Shown in pieces: positions 27,089-37,721 of a DNA stretch of 64,000 nt. The position numbers and the translations under genes were made by a program. Within the stretch, counting starts at the first letter, position 1. Every line of letters begins with the position of its first letter. Origin of the DNA: Anaerolineales bacterium (lineage in GTDB: Bacteria > Chloroflexota > Anaerolineae > Anaerolineales > E44-bin32). The stretch covers positions 6,452-70,451 of the forward strand of contig SOIH01000236.1 of the NCBI GenBank assembly GCA_004376895.1. Direction: 5' to 3'. The notes below the pieces were generated by a model. The model was given only the letters and a program-made list of their open reading frames with translations, was not told where the DNA came from and ran no database searches.

Positions 27089-28369
27089 TTGAGCAAGAAA
27101 CAAGCACCCAAGAAAAAAGGCACGGGCGAGATCCTGTTAGAGGAGCTCAACAGCAAACCATCGCGTGGATCATCGCCTTGGCGTAAACTCGGCCAAGCTT
27201 TGGTTGTGCCCGCGCTGGCTATCTTCAGCGGTCTCGTATTAGGGGGGATATTAATCGCAGTGACTTCCGAAAGCGTCTACACTGCGTTGGCGCAATCGCC
27301 GCTTGCGGCTTTTGGAGCTGCGTGGGAGGAAGTCCGAATAGCCTACACTGCGCTCTTTACGGGATCGATTGGAGATCCCGCCCGGATAATAGCTGCTCTC
27401 CAGAGTGGGGATAGTCTTGAAATCCGGCGAGCGTTCAACCCCTTCCTCGAGAGTCTCGTCGCTAGCACTCCTTATATATTTGGAAGTTTGGCGGTCGCAC
27501 TTGGTTTCCGCGCTGGTTTATTCAACATCGGGGTGGAAGGACAACTCTGGATTGGCGCGATATTTGCGGCTTTTGTGGGGTATTCGATCACAGGACTGCC
27601 GGCGATCATCCACATCCCTCTTGCATTACTCGCGGGCGCATTAGGCGGGGCTTTATGGGGTTTTATCCCCGGTTGGCTTAAGGTGAAGACCGGCGGGCAT
27701 GAAGTGATCAATACGATCATGATGAACTTCGTCGCTTTTCGCATAAGTGACTGGCTGTTGAGCGGTCCGATGAAGCGGCCTGATTCGTTTAACCCCGTCA
27801 GCCCTACTATCCAGGAAAGCGCCATGCTCCCCCGGTTCTTCGAATCGCCGATCCGGTTCCACCTGGGTTTCTTCATAGCGCTTGTAGTGGCATGGCTTGT
27901 GTATTGGCTCCTTTTTCGCACGAAATGGGGCTTTGATCTACGCTCGGTGGGTGCCAACCCGAACGCCGCCCGCTATGCGGGGATGAGCATTCTGGGAACC
28001 ACCATTCTCGCCATGTCCCTTTCTGGAGCATTGGCAGGATTGGCTGGCACGAACGAAGTCCTGGGGCTTAACCATAACTTAGCGATGGCGTTCTCCTCGG
28101 GCTACGGTTTCGACAGCATCGCTCTTGCCCTGCTCGGAAAGAGCCACCCCTTGGGCGTAGTCTTTGCGTCATTATTGTTTGGAACGCTGCGTAACGGTGC
28201 AACGAGAATGCAAGTTGTCGCTCAGGTCCCGATCGACATTATCACCGTATTGCAGGCCTTAATTTTGGTCTTTATCGCCGCGCCGGCGATTATCCGTACG
28301 ATCTATCGTTTACGCGCACCGAAAGAGGAAGAAGAAGGCGTAACAATTCGCGGCTGGGGAGGGGACTGA
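27089..28369 (+). CDS. ABC transporter permease (BPD_transp_2 type)
   Basis: Polytopic membrane protein in an operon with BMP SBP and ATPase genes. The start codon is uncertain (TTG). Confidence 0.85.
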   Translation: MSKKQAPKKKGTGEILLEELNSKPSRGSSPWRKLGQALVVPALAIFSGLVLGGILIAVTSESVYTALAQSPLAAFGAAWEEVRIAYTALFTGSIGDPARIIAALQSGDSLEIRRAFNPFLESLVASTPYIFGSLAVALGFRAGLFNIGVEGQLWIGAIFAAFVGYSITGLPAIIHIPLALLAGALGGALWGFIPGWLKVKTGGHEVINTIMMNFVAFRISDWLLSGPMKRPDSFNPVSPTIQESAMLPRFFESPIRFHLGFFIALVVAWLVYWLLFRTKWGFDLRSVGANPNAARYAGMSILGTTILAMSLSGALAGLAGTNEVLGLNHNLAMAFSSGYGFDSIALALLGKSHPLGVVFASLLFGTLRNGATRMQVVAQVPIDIITVLQALILVFIAAPAIIRTIYRLRAPKEEEEGVTIRGWGGD

Positions 28370-28371
28370 GA

Positions 28372-29637
28372 ATGGCATCAACGGCTGTGCAGCGTGAGAT
28401 CGAGTATGTGAAACCAACCCGGCAGCGGGTGATGGGGTTGGTTTTCCTGGGGCTCGCGGCGGCGATCTGGCTGTTCTTCAGTCAGTCTACCGAGGCGGGC
28501 TTAATCACGACCTTCAAACTCGTTCCCGGAGGCGTTGAGTCGAATCTTCCTGATTGGCAGATGCCGACGCTGATGACCCTCAACCTGCTGGCAATAGTCT
28601 CCGCGTTTCTAGGTGGGATACAACTTGTTCGTGGTTTTGGGAACCGCACAAATCTGGTGCTCGCAATCGTTACGGGCTTGTTTATCTTCGGCTTTCTGGC
28701 ATGGGCGGCAGCCGATAAGTCGCTGAACTTGGCGGGTTTGATTAACACGTCGCTAAGCAAGGCTGTGCCAATTACGCTTGGGGCGATGTCTGGAGTTCTG
28801 TGTGAGCGAGCGGGCATTGTTAACATCGCCATTGAGGGCATGATGCTTGCGGCGGCGATGGTCGGAGCGCTTGTTGGAAGTACCTCAGGGAGTTTGTGGG
28901 TGGGCTTGTTCGCCGCCGTTCTTACGGGAGGTATGCTCGGTCTGGTTCATGCCGTACTCTCGATCAAGTATCTGACCGATCAGATCATCTCCGGTACTGT
29001 AATCAACATCTTCGCCGGAGGCATCACCGCCTTCATCTCGTCCAAATTCATGCAGATCAATCAGTCATTAAATGATCCAGGGATCTTCCGTCCCATAGAA
29101 ATCCCACTGCTTTCGAAGATTCCGATCTTTGGACCAATCCTGTTTAACAACAACATTTTCATTTACGCCATGTTCATTTTCATGATCGTACTCCATATTG
29201 GGCTGTTTTATACTCGTTGGGGACTGCGACTGCGTTCGGTAGGCGAGTATCCAAAGGCAGCGGACACGCTCGGGATCAACGTCTTCCGCACGCGCTACAT
29301 GGCGGTCATCCTGGGTGGGATGATGGCGGGATTCGCGGGTGGCTACTTCACGATAGGTTCGGTGGGACGTTTTGATGAGTTTATGACTGCCGGGCGCGGG
29401 TTCATTGGTCTGGCGGCCATGATCTTCGGAAACTGGACCCCCTTCGGTTCGTTCGGCGCCGGTTTGGTATTCGGGTTTGCCGATTCGTTGGCCTCCAAGC
29501 TGGCGATCCTTGGCGTCCAAATCCCTTCCCAGCTCTTGGGGATGGCGCCCTATTTGGCGACGATGATCATCCTCGCCGGCGTGGTCGGGCGAGGCCAAAT
29601 GCCAGCGGCGGATGGGCAGCCATACGTGAAGGAGTAA
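28372..29637 (+). CDS. ABC transporter permease (BPD_transp_2 type)
   Basis: Polytopic membrane protein. ATG lies 2 nt after the upstream stop. Confidence 0.85.
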   Translation: MASTAVQREIEYVKPTRQRVMGLVFLGLAAAIWLFFSQSTEAGLITTFKLVPGGVESNLPDWQMPTLMTLNLLAIVSAFLGGIQLVRGFGNRTNLVLAIVTGLFIFGFLAWAAADKSLNLAGLINTSLSKAVPITLGAMSGVLCERAGIVNIAIEGMMLAAAMVGALVGSTSGSLWVGLFAAVLTGGMLGLVHAVLSIKYLTDQIISGTVINIFAGGITAFISSKFMQINQSLNDPGIFRPIEIPLLSKIPIFGPILFNNNIFIYAMFIFMIVLHIGLFYTRWGLRLRSVGEYPKAADTLGINVFRTRYMAVILGGMMAGFAGGYFTIGSVGRFDEFMTAGRGFIGLAAMIFGNWTPFGSFGAGLVFGFADSLASKLAILGVQIPSQLLGMAPYLATMIILAGVVGRGQMPAADGQPYVKE

Positions 29638-29951
29638 AAGTCTAGCCTGCTGGGAGTGGGGGGTCTTGATTCGCATCAGCAACACAAACTGAAACTTCAA
29701 GCGCCGCGTGGGATCTGGTTGTGAGTTCATCAGAGAGCCCCCCGGCGCTTTTCAATTTTCCATTCATCTAACCGCACATGTGAACTTCATCCCCAACAAA
29801 TATTGGTCCTCATTAATTTAGTGTGGATAAGAGAAATTCATCTGTTGTTGTATGAAAACCGACAGAACGGACGCCTGTGCCCGTCAGTATCGGTGAGAAC
29901 CAGGTCGTGATGGATTTATCCTGCGTTGGTATCGATCTTTGGATGTCAGGC

Positions 29952-31562
29952 TCAGGCTGCGGGCGCATCTTCAGAGCGGCGCAGGAATTGGATCAAGGCC
30001 AGAGGCAAGGTGCGAATCTCTTTTATCCCGAGCAGATAAGCCGTTCCAAAGTAAACTGCGGATCCGACCAATCCGCCGCCCAGGAGAAGGAGTAGCGGTC
30101 CCGGGTGAAGCAAGCGAGTGAGAAACAAAACAGTGGCGCCCATCGCCAGCGCTGCGATTGTGGCCTTTCCCGCATCGATGAGGATGCGGCGGACATCCAC
30201 AATGCGCCAACGGCGATAGAGGATTGTTAACCCGATCAGGGCCTCGATGCCAACGGCGATGCCGTTCGCAAACGCCAAGCCGCCATGTTCGAGTCCACCC
30301 TGTGTGAGCGGCCGCGAGAGGATGATCGCCAAACTGATATTAAGCGCGGTCGTGAAGAATGAGACAAGGAGCGGAGTGAGCGTATCCTTCTGGGCGGCAA
30401 AAGCCCGGACAACGACTTCGAGCATGGATTGGCTGATGAGGGCCAGAGCGTAAAACTGCAGCGCGAAGAAGACCATGTTTGTGCTTTCGGCTGTGAACTC
30501 GCCTCCCTCGAACAGGACCTGAATTACTGGACGACCAAGGACTATCAGGGCGACAGCGGCTGGAAGGGCGAGCGTGAGGATGGCGCGTAAAGCTCCGCTG
30601 ATAGCTGCTCGCTGAGCCTTGAATTCTCCTTTCGCGGCGAGTACGGCAAGTGTGGGGAAGACGGCTATGCCGATTGCCGTACCGATGAGAGTCCAGGGTG
30701 TATTCATCAGCTGGAATGCGTAGCGAAGGGCGGAAACCCGTCCTTCGCCAAGGCCTGACCCGATGTTGGAGTTGATCCAATCGATGCTGGCGCGGGCCAT
30801 GAGCAAGTCAATGACGCGCGGCGCCATGAGAATGGCAACACGTTGCAGCGCTGGGTTATTCCATCCGAGCATCAACCGTGGGTGTATTCGATGGCGAACT
30901 AGACCCGGAATTTGTACGAGCAGGTGGAGTGTGGCACCGATCACAGCTCCCCATGCCAGACCGAAGATCCCCAGACTTGGTTCCAGGACCAGCGCTCCAA
31001 AGATGATGCCCAGGCTGTACATCGACGGTGCGAGCGCGGGCAGCAAGAAGTGTTGGTGTGCGTGCAGCGCCCCGGTGAGAATACTGCTGGCCGCGAAGAT
31101 GATTGTCGAAGCGAGTAGGATGCGCATGATCTGCGCAGTTAGAAGCTGGACATCGGCGGGAAAGTGGGGTCCGATCCCCCAGCGGGCGGATACGAGGGTT
31201 GGTGCGAAGAGCGTAAGCAGAAGCGCTGCTATACCTGTCAGAAGGAGGATCGTAGTGATAACCTGACCGACCAGGTTATTCGCATCATCCGATCGCTCTT
31301 TGCCGAGCAGTTCGGTGTAAACAGGGATGAAAGCGAAGGCGAGCGCCCCACCGGCGAGCATCGTGAAGAGCAGTTCAGGAATGCCATTTGCAGCTGAATA
31401 GGCGTCGAGGGCGGCAGAAGTGCCAAATTTACCCGCGACAATGCGCTGCCGGATTAGTCCAACCACGACCGAGGCTGCGATCCCAGCCATCACAACCAGG
31501 GTAGAACGGGCAATGCGAGTCGTGCGTGTGTTTGCTTCAGGTGCAGATGTTTGGGTCATCAT
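29952..31562 (-). CDS. murJ: Lipid II flippase MurJ/MviN
   Basis: 536 aa with about 14 TM helices. The N-terminal pattern RQRIVAGKFGTSAALDAYSAANGIPELLFTMLAGGALAFAFIPVY is MviN-like. Confidence 0.85.
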   Translation of the reverse strand: MMTQTSAPEANTRTTRIARSTLVVMAGIAASVVVGLIRQRIVAGKFGTSAALDAYSAANGIPELLFTMLAGGALAFAFIPVYTELLGKERSDDANNLVGQVITTILLLTGIAALLLTLFAPTLVSARWGIGPHFPADVQLLTAQIMRILLASTIIFAASSILTGALHAHQHFLLPALAPSMYSLGIIFGALVLEPSLGIFGLAWGAVIGATLHLLVQIPGLVRHRIHPRLMLGWNNPALQRVAILMAPRVIDLLMARASIDWINSNIGSGLGEGRVSALRYAFQLMNTPWTLIGTAIGIAVFPTLAVLAAKGEFKAQRAAISGALRAILTLALPAAVALIVLGRPVIQVLFEGGEFTAESTNMVFFALQFYALALISQSMLEVVVRAFAAQKDTLTPLLVSFFTTALNISLAIILSRPLTQGGLEHGGLAFANGIAVGIEALIGLTILYRRWRIVDVRRILIDAGKATIAALAMGATVLFLTRLLHPGPLLLLLGGGLVGSAVYFGTAYLLGIKEIRTLPLALIQFLRRSEDAPAA

Positions 31563-31573
31563 AGTAGATTGTT

Positions 31574-32869
31574 TTAGGAGGTTACGCCGAGACGCCTGAG
31601 CTGTGCGAGTGCCAAGTCCCAGTCAGGATGCCATCTTAGTGCTCTCTCGAAATCTTCGATCGCACCGGCTACATCCCCCAAGGCTTCGCGCGCCAGAGCA
31701 CGCCAATAGAAGCTCTCTTCGATCGATGGCTCGCTCATGTTGTTTATGGTGAAGTCCGCCAGGCTGACCACATCGTAATAACGTCCTGTGTAGTAGTAAG
31801 CAAAATATGGACCAGTCTGGTACCAAAGCATTCGCCACGCTCGGTGTTCCGGGTCGCTGACGGCCAATTCGGCATCGATCTGGAAGGCTTGATCAAAGGC
31901 GGCGGCGGCTCCGACATAGTCCTGCAGAGCTTTCAAATTTGTGCCTCGGTTGAACCAGGCGAAAAACAATGTGCGCCCGCTAAGCTGGAAAATCTCGTCG
32001 GAGGCAAGTTGAGCGGCGTACTGGAAATTGTAAGTCTCATCCACGTGCGGTCCGAGCAATGCGAAAACCTCTGACTCCCGGTCCGGGGGGTAGATGACGA
32101 TGTAGGTGTAATTGAAATGACGCCAATAGAGTTCGAGTTTGTCGTAGCCGATTGGAAGATCGGCCATAATGTAGGAATCTTGGGCGGTGAACAACCGTTT
32201 TTCGTCATCGTAGCCAGAGAGGACCTCATAATGCCCCATCCAGCCGTTGAAACCAGGTCCTTCAAACCCTTTCTCGACAAGCACAGGGAAGCCGGCGGCG
32301 ATGAATTTCTTCAGCAGTTCGATATCTCCGCCAACCCGGATGATCACCTTCAACCCCGTCCCTTCCTCGACGAAGTTTGCCATCTCATATGGCATGACAT
32401 TCTTATCGCGCGGATTAGGTTTGACAAACTCTGCAATGGGTCGTTGATCGCCATCCCAACCCCAGAAGGAAAGTGCCATAGAGAGGTTGGCCGGGCCGCA
32501 ATTGTTCCATTTCTGGTATTCGTGGCGGACACCGGTGAGCTGTACGCTTCCAGGGATTGTGGTTGTAACGGGACCTGGCGTTGGAGTGAGCGTCGAGGTC
32601 GCGGTGGGGGCAGCGTTCGGCGTGATCGTCACCGTCGGTGTGAAGGACTCGAGAGTGCTCTGAACCATGGCGACTACGGTGGGGTTAGGGGTGAAGACTG
32701 CTTCCTCTGGAGGCGAGATCGCATATTTAATGCGAGCTTGAAACTCTGAGATACGCCAGGCGACTTTATCCTGGACGATTGGCAGCTGGTAGGCAATTAT
32801 GCCCAGGGTGATGATGGAAACCAAGGGTAAAAGCACCCATAAAAAGGATCTAAGCCGGCTCCTGCGCAT
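31574..32869 (-). CDS. Membrane-anchored C39-like peptidase domain + TPR protein
   Basis: N-terminal TM helix, T/P-rich linker, WNNCGPANLSMALSFWGW (C39_2-like Cys motif), and C-terminal TPR-like repeats. Confidence 0.6.
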   Translation of the reverse strand: MRRSRLRSFLWVLLPLVSIITLGIIAYQLPIVQDKVAWRISEFQARIKYAISPPEEAVFTPNPTVVAMVQSTLESFTPTVTITPNAAPTATSTLTPTPGPVTTTIPGSVQLTGVRHEYQKWNNCGPANLSMALSFWGWDGDQRPIAEFVKPNPRDKNVMPYEMANFVEEGTGLKVIIRVGGDIELLKKFIAAGFPVLVEKGFEGPGFNGWMGHYEVLSGYDDEKRLFTAQDSYIMADLPIGYDKLELYWRHFNYTYIVIYPPDRESEVFALLGPHVDETYNFQYAAQLASDEIFQLSGRTLFFAWFNRGTNLKALQDYVGAAAAFDQAFQIDAELAVSDPEHRAWRMLWYQTGPYFAYYYTGRYYDVVSLADFTINNMSEPSIEESFYWRALAREALGDVAGAIEDFERALRWHPDWDLALAQLRRLGVTS

Positions 32870-32975
32870 GGCGAGGATTATAACCGAAGGTGGAATTTGT
32901 ACAGGGTAAGTTCGAAAGCGGACCTTCGAAGACAGGCAATTCCATGCATCGTCGAAGAAAATGTTGAAGAACTCA

Positions 32976-33012
32976 GGAAAAATGAGGATGGACCGATGGA
33001 ATGTCGGTCCAT
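32976..33012 (-). terminator. Rho-independent terminator after purA
   Basis: 9-bp stem ATGGACCGA / TCGGTCCAT (32988-33012), followed on the minus strand by CCTCATTTTTCC. Confidence 0.65.
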
Positions 33013-33087
33013 AAAGTCATAATTGGGTCTAGCTGCGACCATCGTGTGCGCCCGAATGAAAATATGCCAAATATTATGTGGGGTTTT

Positions 33088-34389
33088 TTACTCAGACAGC
33101 GATCTGTCGATGATCTGGTCGCGCTCGGGGCCAACTGAGATTAGCCGAACGCTTAACCCGGTGAGGGTTTCGATGCGCTCGATGTATGACTGCGCCGGAG
33201 AGGGAAGATCGTTCCAGGATCTGATCTGGGTGAGATCATCTTCCCAACCATCGAGGGTTTCTAAAATGGGGCTGAATGGGGAGAGATCTGCTGGCCCCTG
33301 AGGGAGGTCGTCGAATTGTTGCTCCCCTCTCTGGTAGGCCACACAGATATTCAGTGGGTCGATGTTTGAGAGTATATCGAGTTTGGTGAGTGCGATTTCC
33401 GTGAAGCTGTTGATACGAGCGGTATAGCGGAGCAGCACAGTATCCAGCCATCCACAGCGCCGCGGGCGCCCCGTTGTGGTTCCAAACTCATCCCATGGAT
33501 GTTCTCCGGTGCCCCGTAATCGTGCAGCTGTATCGCCTGACGCCTCTGTGGGAAATGGACCTTCGCCAACGCGGGTCTGGAATGCTTTGGTTATCCCGAT
33601 GATCCGACGGATATGTTGCGGACCGATACCGAGGCCGAGCAGCGCACCGGGGGCGGTAGGGTGAGAACTGGTCACGAAGGGATACGTCCCGTGATCTAGG
33701 TCGAGCAGGGTGCCCTGGGCTCCCTCCGCGAGTACGGTTCCATTGCTGCTAATCTTGTCATACACAAGCGCACCCACATCGGTAATGTAGGGCCGCAGTC
33801 GATCAGCATAAGTGTGGAATGCTTGCCGAATTGACTCTTTGTTGAGAGGCTCTTGGTGATAAACATGCTCGAGTAATCTATTGGCATGATCCAAGATCCT
33901 ATCGAGTTTCTGCGACAGAAGATCTTCGTTGAGCATATCTTCGGCACGTAAACCGATCCGGGTGGCTTTATCTGAATAAGTCGGACCTATGCCGCGGCGG
34001 GTTGTGCCCAGCTGCCCCCGCCCCTTCTCGCTTTCCTCGGCGCCATCAAGGGCTGTATGCGCTGGCGTGATTAGGTGAGCTGCATAAGAGAGTTTTAAGC
34101 GCTGCGGGGAGGCGTCGATGCCGAGTTGGGCGAGATGATCAATCTCTTCGAGAAGAATCTGAGGGTTCACAACCATTCCCGCGCCCATTACACAAATTGT
34201 ATGGGCTTGGATGATCCCCGAGGGGATAAGGTGTAGTTTGAAGAGCTGATCGCCAACAGTAACGGAATGTCCGGCGTTGTCCCCGCCATTAAAGCGGGCG
34301 ACGATGTCCGCATCCCTGGCGAGCAAGTCGATAATCCGGCCCTTGCCCTCATCTCCCCATTGCGATCCGACAACGATATCAAGCGGCAC
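33088..34389 (-). CDS. purA: Adenylosuccinate synthase
   Basis: VVGSQWGDEGKGRIIDLL P-loop, GTTRRGIGPTY and GTTTGRPRRCGW. The GTG at 34389 (VPLDIVVGSQWGDEGKG) with GAGG 7 nt upstream is preferred; the 58-codon N-terminal extension in the ORF track looks spurious. Confidence 0.92.
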   Translation of the reverse strand: MPLDIVVGSQWGDEGKGRIIDLLARDADIVARFNGGDNAGHSVTVGDQLFKLHLIPSGIIQAHTICVMGAGMVVNPQILLEEIDHLAQLGIDASPQRLKLSYAAHLITPAHTALDGAEESEKGRGQLGTTRRGIGPTYSDKATRIGLRAEDMLNEDLLSQKLDRILDHANRLLEHVYHQEPLNKESIRQAFHTYADRLRPYITDVGALVYDKISSNGTVLAEGAQGTLLDLDHGTYPFVTSSHPTAPGALLGLGIGPQHIRRIIGITKAFQTRVGEGPFPTEASGDTAARLRGTGEHPWDEFGTTTGRPRRCGWLDTVLLRYTARINSFTEIALTKLDILSNIDPLNICVAYQRGEQQFDDLPQGPADLSPFSPILETLDGWEDDLTQIRSWNDLPSPAQSYIERIETLTGLSVRLISVGPERDQIIDRSLSE

Positions 34390-34405
34390 AAAGCACCTCA
34401 GAGGG

Positions 34406-34415
34406 AGTATAGCAT
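34406..34415 (-). promoter_or_regulatory. Extended -10 (ATGCTATACT) upstream of purA
   Basis: Minus-strand TATACT at 34411-34406, with a 16-nt leader containing GAGG before the GTG at 34389. Confidence 0.45.
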
Positions 34416-34537
34416 GGCGTCGATAGTGATGCATGACATGCATGCGATTCTCCCCGAGTATCGGATTGTAAATCCCGATCGCTATTGTTCGTTGAACCCC
34501 GTAGGGGCTATAATCGAAGCATAAGGTCTTCAAAGCG

Positions 34538-35383
34538 ATGACGCGACGGCTAAAACATCTCATGCTCCTTTCGAGTATCTTGGCGGGCTTCCTTTGGCTA
34601 GCCTATCCGATTGCAGCGGTTCGCGCCGAAAACAATCCTAAGCCTGCACTCCAACCCACTCCTTTTCTCACACCCACCCCACGCCAGGATGGAAAGATCG
34701 TTTATTTAGTTCAGGAGGGCGACTCGCTTTGGCGCATTGCAGCTATTGCAGGGATCACACTTGAAGAACTCATGGCGATGAATGGTATTCAACCGGGAGA
34801 TTACATAACTCCAGGGATGGAACTCGAATTGGGCGTAGGAGGACCGACGATTGCGACTGCTGCGCCTTTTGACGTTCAAGCGACGCCAACACAAGACATC
34901 TTGACGCCAACGCCGATCGTTGGATCCGCTGAAATTTGCATAATGCTCTTCATGGATGAGAACGGCAACGGACGGCTAGAAGAGGGGGAGCTGCCCCTCG
35001 CTGGTGGACAGATTAGCGTAGTTGACGTCAATGGTATCGTAGCCGGCGAAGTCACAACCGAGGACCTGAGCGAAGAGGAAGATCCGGTCGGCCATTGTTT
35101 CCCGGAAATAAAAAATGGTGACTACAATGTCAGCGCAGCGGTTCCTCCAGAGTACAACCCAACGACCGTCTTGAATGTGCCTGTATCTCTAAACCCAGGG
35201 GATATCAAGTACCTCCAATTTGGAGCTCAACCGAGTTCCTCAATTGGTGGCTCGCTCGGCACCGATGATGGAGGCCGATCGACAGTTTTAGGCCTTCTTG
35301 GTGTGCTCTTGCTCATCTCCGCAGGAGCGTTGGGATATTACGCCTCACGCATTTCCCGCCGGACGCCGCGGTCCTTGCGATAA
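34538..35383 (+). CDS. Secreted LysM-domain protein with SdrD-B/Cna-B-like domain and C-terminal TM anchor
   Basis: Signal peptide, LysM (YLVQEGDSLWRIAAIAGITLEELMAMNGI), FMDENGNGRLEEGELPLAGG, and a C-terminal hydrophobic segment plus basic tail. Confidence 0.75.
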   Translation: MTRRLKHLMLLSSILAGFLWLAYPIAAVRAENNPKPALQPTPFLTPTPRQDGKIVYLVQEGDSLWRIAAIAGITLEELMAMNGIQPGDYITPGMELELGVGGPTIATAAPFDVQATPTQDILTPTPIVGSAEICIMLFMDENGNGRLEEGELPLAGGQISVVDVNGIVAGEVTTEDLSEEEDPVGHCFPEIKNGDYNVSAAVPPEYNPTTVLNVPVSLNPGDIKYLQFGAQPSSSIGGSLGTDDGGRSTVLGLLGVLLLISAGALGYYASRISRRTPRSLR

Positions 35384-35593
35384 GACACCTGGAAGCAATA
35401 TCCAAAGCCATAAGTGAAAACGTATATCCTGGTGCGCTTCTTTTCAATGAATGTATCGGGGTCTAATCAGAATTTCGCAACTCGGCAAACGGTGATTTAA
35501 TAGAGCAATATTATCCTTGGAATGGTTGTCTGTCGCGCGAATTGCTTTCAAGGAGCGCAAAGACGGCAGCGAGCTTGGCCTACGAGGCAGCTA

Positions 35594-36391
35594 ATGTTCC
35601 AGAAGCGAAATAGGCGATCCCTCAAACAAGCCCTTGAGCGAGCGGGCGACTCGGATCTACGAAGCCTTGAAGTAGATGTAGCTGAGAGGCAGGAGAGGGT
35701 TGCTCAACTTCAGTTCGAACTCTCCGACACGCAAGCGGATTTGGAGCGCTTCGAACGCGAATATGAGGTCCAGGTTGGATCACTCCAACAGCGTTTGATT
35801 TCGTTAGAAGCGGAAGTAGAACAAGCTCGCCTGCGTGCCGCACACCGGGCGCAGTGGGGAGATCGTGCGGACTCTCCCGATTTTAACGTCGATGTCGTTG
35901 AGCAATTTCGACGGACCTGGGCACCTCGCGAGAAGCCGCCCGAACCCCAACCGCCAGTGTCCGAAGAAACGAGGGCGGAACTCAAGCAACTTTTCCGCGT
36001 CCTCGCCAAACGTTTCCATCCTGATCTGGTCACCGACCCTGAGGAGAAACGCCGGCGGGAGAAGGTGATGGCGCAGGTAAATGATGCATATGCTGCGCAA
36101 AACCTATCGGTAATGAGAAAGCTGGCACAGAAGCCAGACCGCCCAGAAACACCCGCGACCAAGACGCGCGAGCAAATTATTGTAGATCTGAAGGCCGAGA
36201 TCGTACGTCTCGATCGTGTAATCCTGGCTTTAGAAAGACAACTGCAGGAATTAATCAACTCTCATACCGTTCGCTTGATGCTCGAGGTCAGCATAGCGGA
36301 GAGGGACGGGGGCAATCTGTTGGCGGAGATGGCAGCGGACATACGGACAGAGATCGCAAGTCTGGAAGCAGAACTTGAAGCGCTCGGGTAG
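35594..36391 (+). CDS. Coiled-coil protein with central J-domain-like segment (HPD motif)
   Basis: LKQLFRVLAKRFHPDLVTDPEEKRRREKVMAQVNDAYAAQN. The ATG at 35594 has GAGG upstream. Confidence 0.6.
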   Translation: MFQKRNRRSLKQALERAGDSDLRSLEVDVAERQERVAQLQFELSDTQADLERFEREYEVQVGSLQQRLISLEAEVEQARLRAAHRAQWGDRADSPDFNVDVVEQFRRTWAPREKPPEPQPPVSEETRAELKQLFRVLAKRFHPDLVTDPEEKRRREKVMAQVNDAYAAQNLSVMRKLAQKPDRPETPATKTREQIIVDLKAEIVRLDRVILALERQLQELINSHTVRLMLEVSIAERDGGNLLAEMAADIRTEIASLEAELEALG

Positions 36392-36445
36392 CAATTGAAA
36401 GCATCGTAGCGCCACTAAGCAAATCATAGGGTTTATAAATAGAAG

Positions 36446-36480
36446 AGGGCTGTCCCAAAAGTCACATCTGGGCAGCCCCT
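36446..36480. terminator. Hairpin between convergent genes (possible bidirectional terminator)
   Basis: AGGGCTG(T)CCCA ... TGGGCAGCCCT stem with one bulge. There is a T-rich tract on the minus-strand side (TCTTCTATTTATAAA) and a weak tract on the plus side. Confidence 0.5.
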
Positions 36481-36647
36481 TGTCGTATTCGCCTACTCTC
36501 AGTCTGTCCCTACGAGCCGAGATTGAAGCGGTTGCCTCTCTTGCTGCCTGGGTATGTGGTTCTTGCTCGGTGCGAGTTCTCGATAGGCTCCTGTTTGCGT
36601 CAGCGCGGCAACCGGTTTAGGTCGTTGTCAATCTCATGACCTGAGAT

Positions 36648-37721
36648 TCATTTAAGCCCAAGTTCTTTGTAGATGCCGGCGATATCGGCGTTTTCAGCTA
36701 TCAAGTTTAAGAAGGTCTCCATCTTCTCCGGCTGTCCCAGGCGAGTCTTCCCTAAGGACCCCTCGATGAGCTCGATCGTCTCCATAGTGTTTTCTTTAAC
36801 CAACAGGATCGGGACACCGAGACTATCTGCCTGTTGGATGATCAGCGGGCTGGGCCGCAGATTGCCTGTAAGAATGAGGACGACGGTTGATGTTTCGAGC
36901 GCAGCGAGTTGAATATCCGTCCGGTCTCCACCGGTGATGACGGCTTTGTTCTTGTAGCGGCGGAAGCGAGAGAGCGCAGCGTCAGCCGTCATCGCGCCGA
37001 CAGTTAGCGTCTCCGCCAGGGCGTCCGGGTCCAGTTTTTCTGTAAGCACTTCGGCGGTGAGCAATTCCACGAGTTCACCAACGCTGAGCGCGGAGAGCCG
37101 GGGTACGATCGGCAAGACGCCAACAACGGAGATGCCCTTCGCCTTGAGATAGGGGAGAGCATATTCATCGACAAAAGAGCGGTTACCCTCAGGAACCCGG
37201 TTTATCAGCACGCCCAGGAGCTGCTCGCCCAGGCGAAAACGCGTGGCGAGGACATCGTCAAGGAGACACATATCACCCTTAAAGGGAACGATCACTAGCG
37301 CCGGCGCGCCGAGTTCTTCCGCGATGCGTAAGTTTGAAAGCCCCATGGCATAGCCCTCGCGCAGACTGGCGCCGCCCTCGAGAAGCAGGACGTCTTTCCC
37401 ACGCCCCGCAGTTTTTACGGCTTCTTGGATATCGCCCACGAGGTCATTCTCGCGGAGGCCCTTGAGGCGTTCTCGCAGCGTTGACGCAGTGATAATGATG
37501 GCCGAGGCCTTTAAGGGATCGCCATCTAACCCCAATGAGCTGTGTACGAAGACGGCATCTTCGTCTGCCAACTTGCCGTCGGGGGTGCGCCAAGGCTGAG
37601 TGCTTACGGGTTTCATGTACCCCACTTTGTATCCATCGGCTTGCATCATTTGTCCAAGAGCGAGACAGACGGCAGTTTTGCCAGAGTGTGGCTCGACGGA
37701 AGTGATATACAAACATTTCAT
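36648..37721 (-). CDS. Stand-alone phosphotransacetylase N-terminal-like protein (P-loop AAA_26 + DRTGG domain, no PTA catalytic domain)
   Basis: MKCLYITSVEPHSGKTAVCLALG and AVITGGDRTDIQLAALETSTVVLILTGN. Only 357 aa, with no PTA_PTB region. The ATG overlaps the upstream stop (ATGA). Confidence 0.7.
   Translation of the reverse strand: MKCLYITSVEPHSGKTAVCLALGQMMQADGYKVGYMKPVSTQPWRTPDGKLADEDAVFVHSSLGLDGDPLKASAIIITASTLRERLKGLRENDLVGDIQEAVKTAGRGKDVLLLEGGASLREGYAMGLSNLRIAEELGAPALVIVPFKGDMCLLDDVLATRFRLGEQLLGVLINRVPEGNRSFVDEYALPYLKAKGISVVGVLPIVPRLSALSVGELVELLTAEVLTEKLDPDALAETLTVGAMTADAALSRFRRYKNKAVITGGDRTDIQLAALETSTVVLILTGNLRPSPLIIQQADSLGVPILLVKENTMETIELIEGSLGKTRLGQPEKMETFLNLIAENADIAGIYKELGLK

Noticed and set aside
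29068-29730. 220-aa minus-strand ORF, plus many similar 60-180-aa antisense or out-of-frame ORFs (for example 8483-8962, 35710-36258, 46184-46714, 30340-30780, 11447-11863).
   Set aside because: They lie entirely inside, or antisense to, well-supported genes with clear family motifs. Their translations are R/P/S/G-rich low complexity, typical of shadow ORFs in GC-rich coding DNA. None has a convincing RBS.
34390-34563. The 58-codon N-terminal extension of purA given by the ORF track (MRCFSRRVIALK...).
   Set aside because: The conserved PurA N-terminus (VVGSQWGDEGKG) begins right after a GTG at 34389 with GAGG upstream. A TGCTATACT -10 box lies inside the putative extension, so the extension is most likely promoter/5' UTR.
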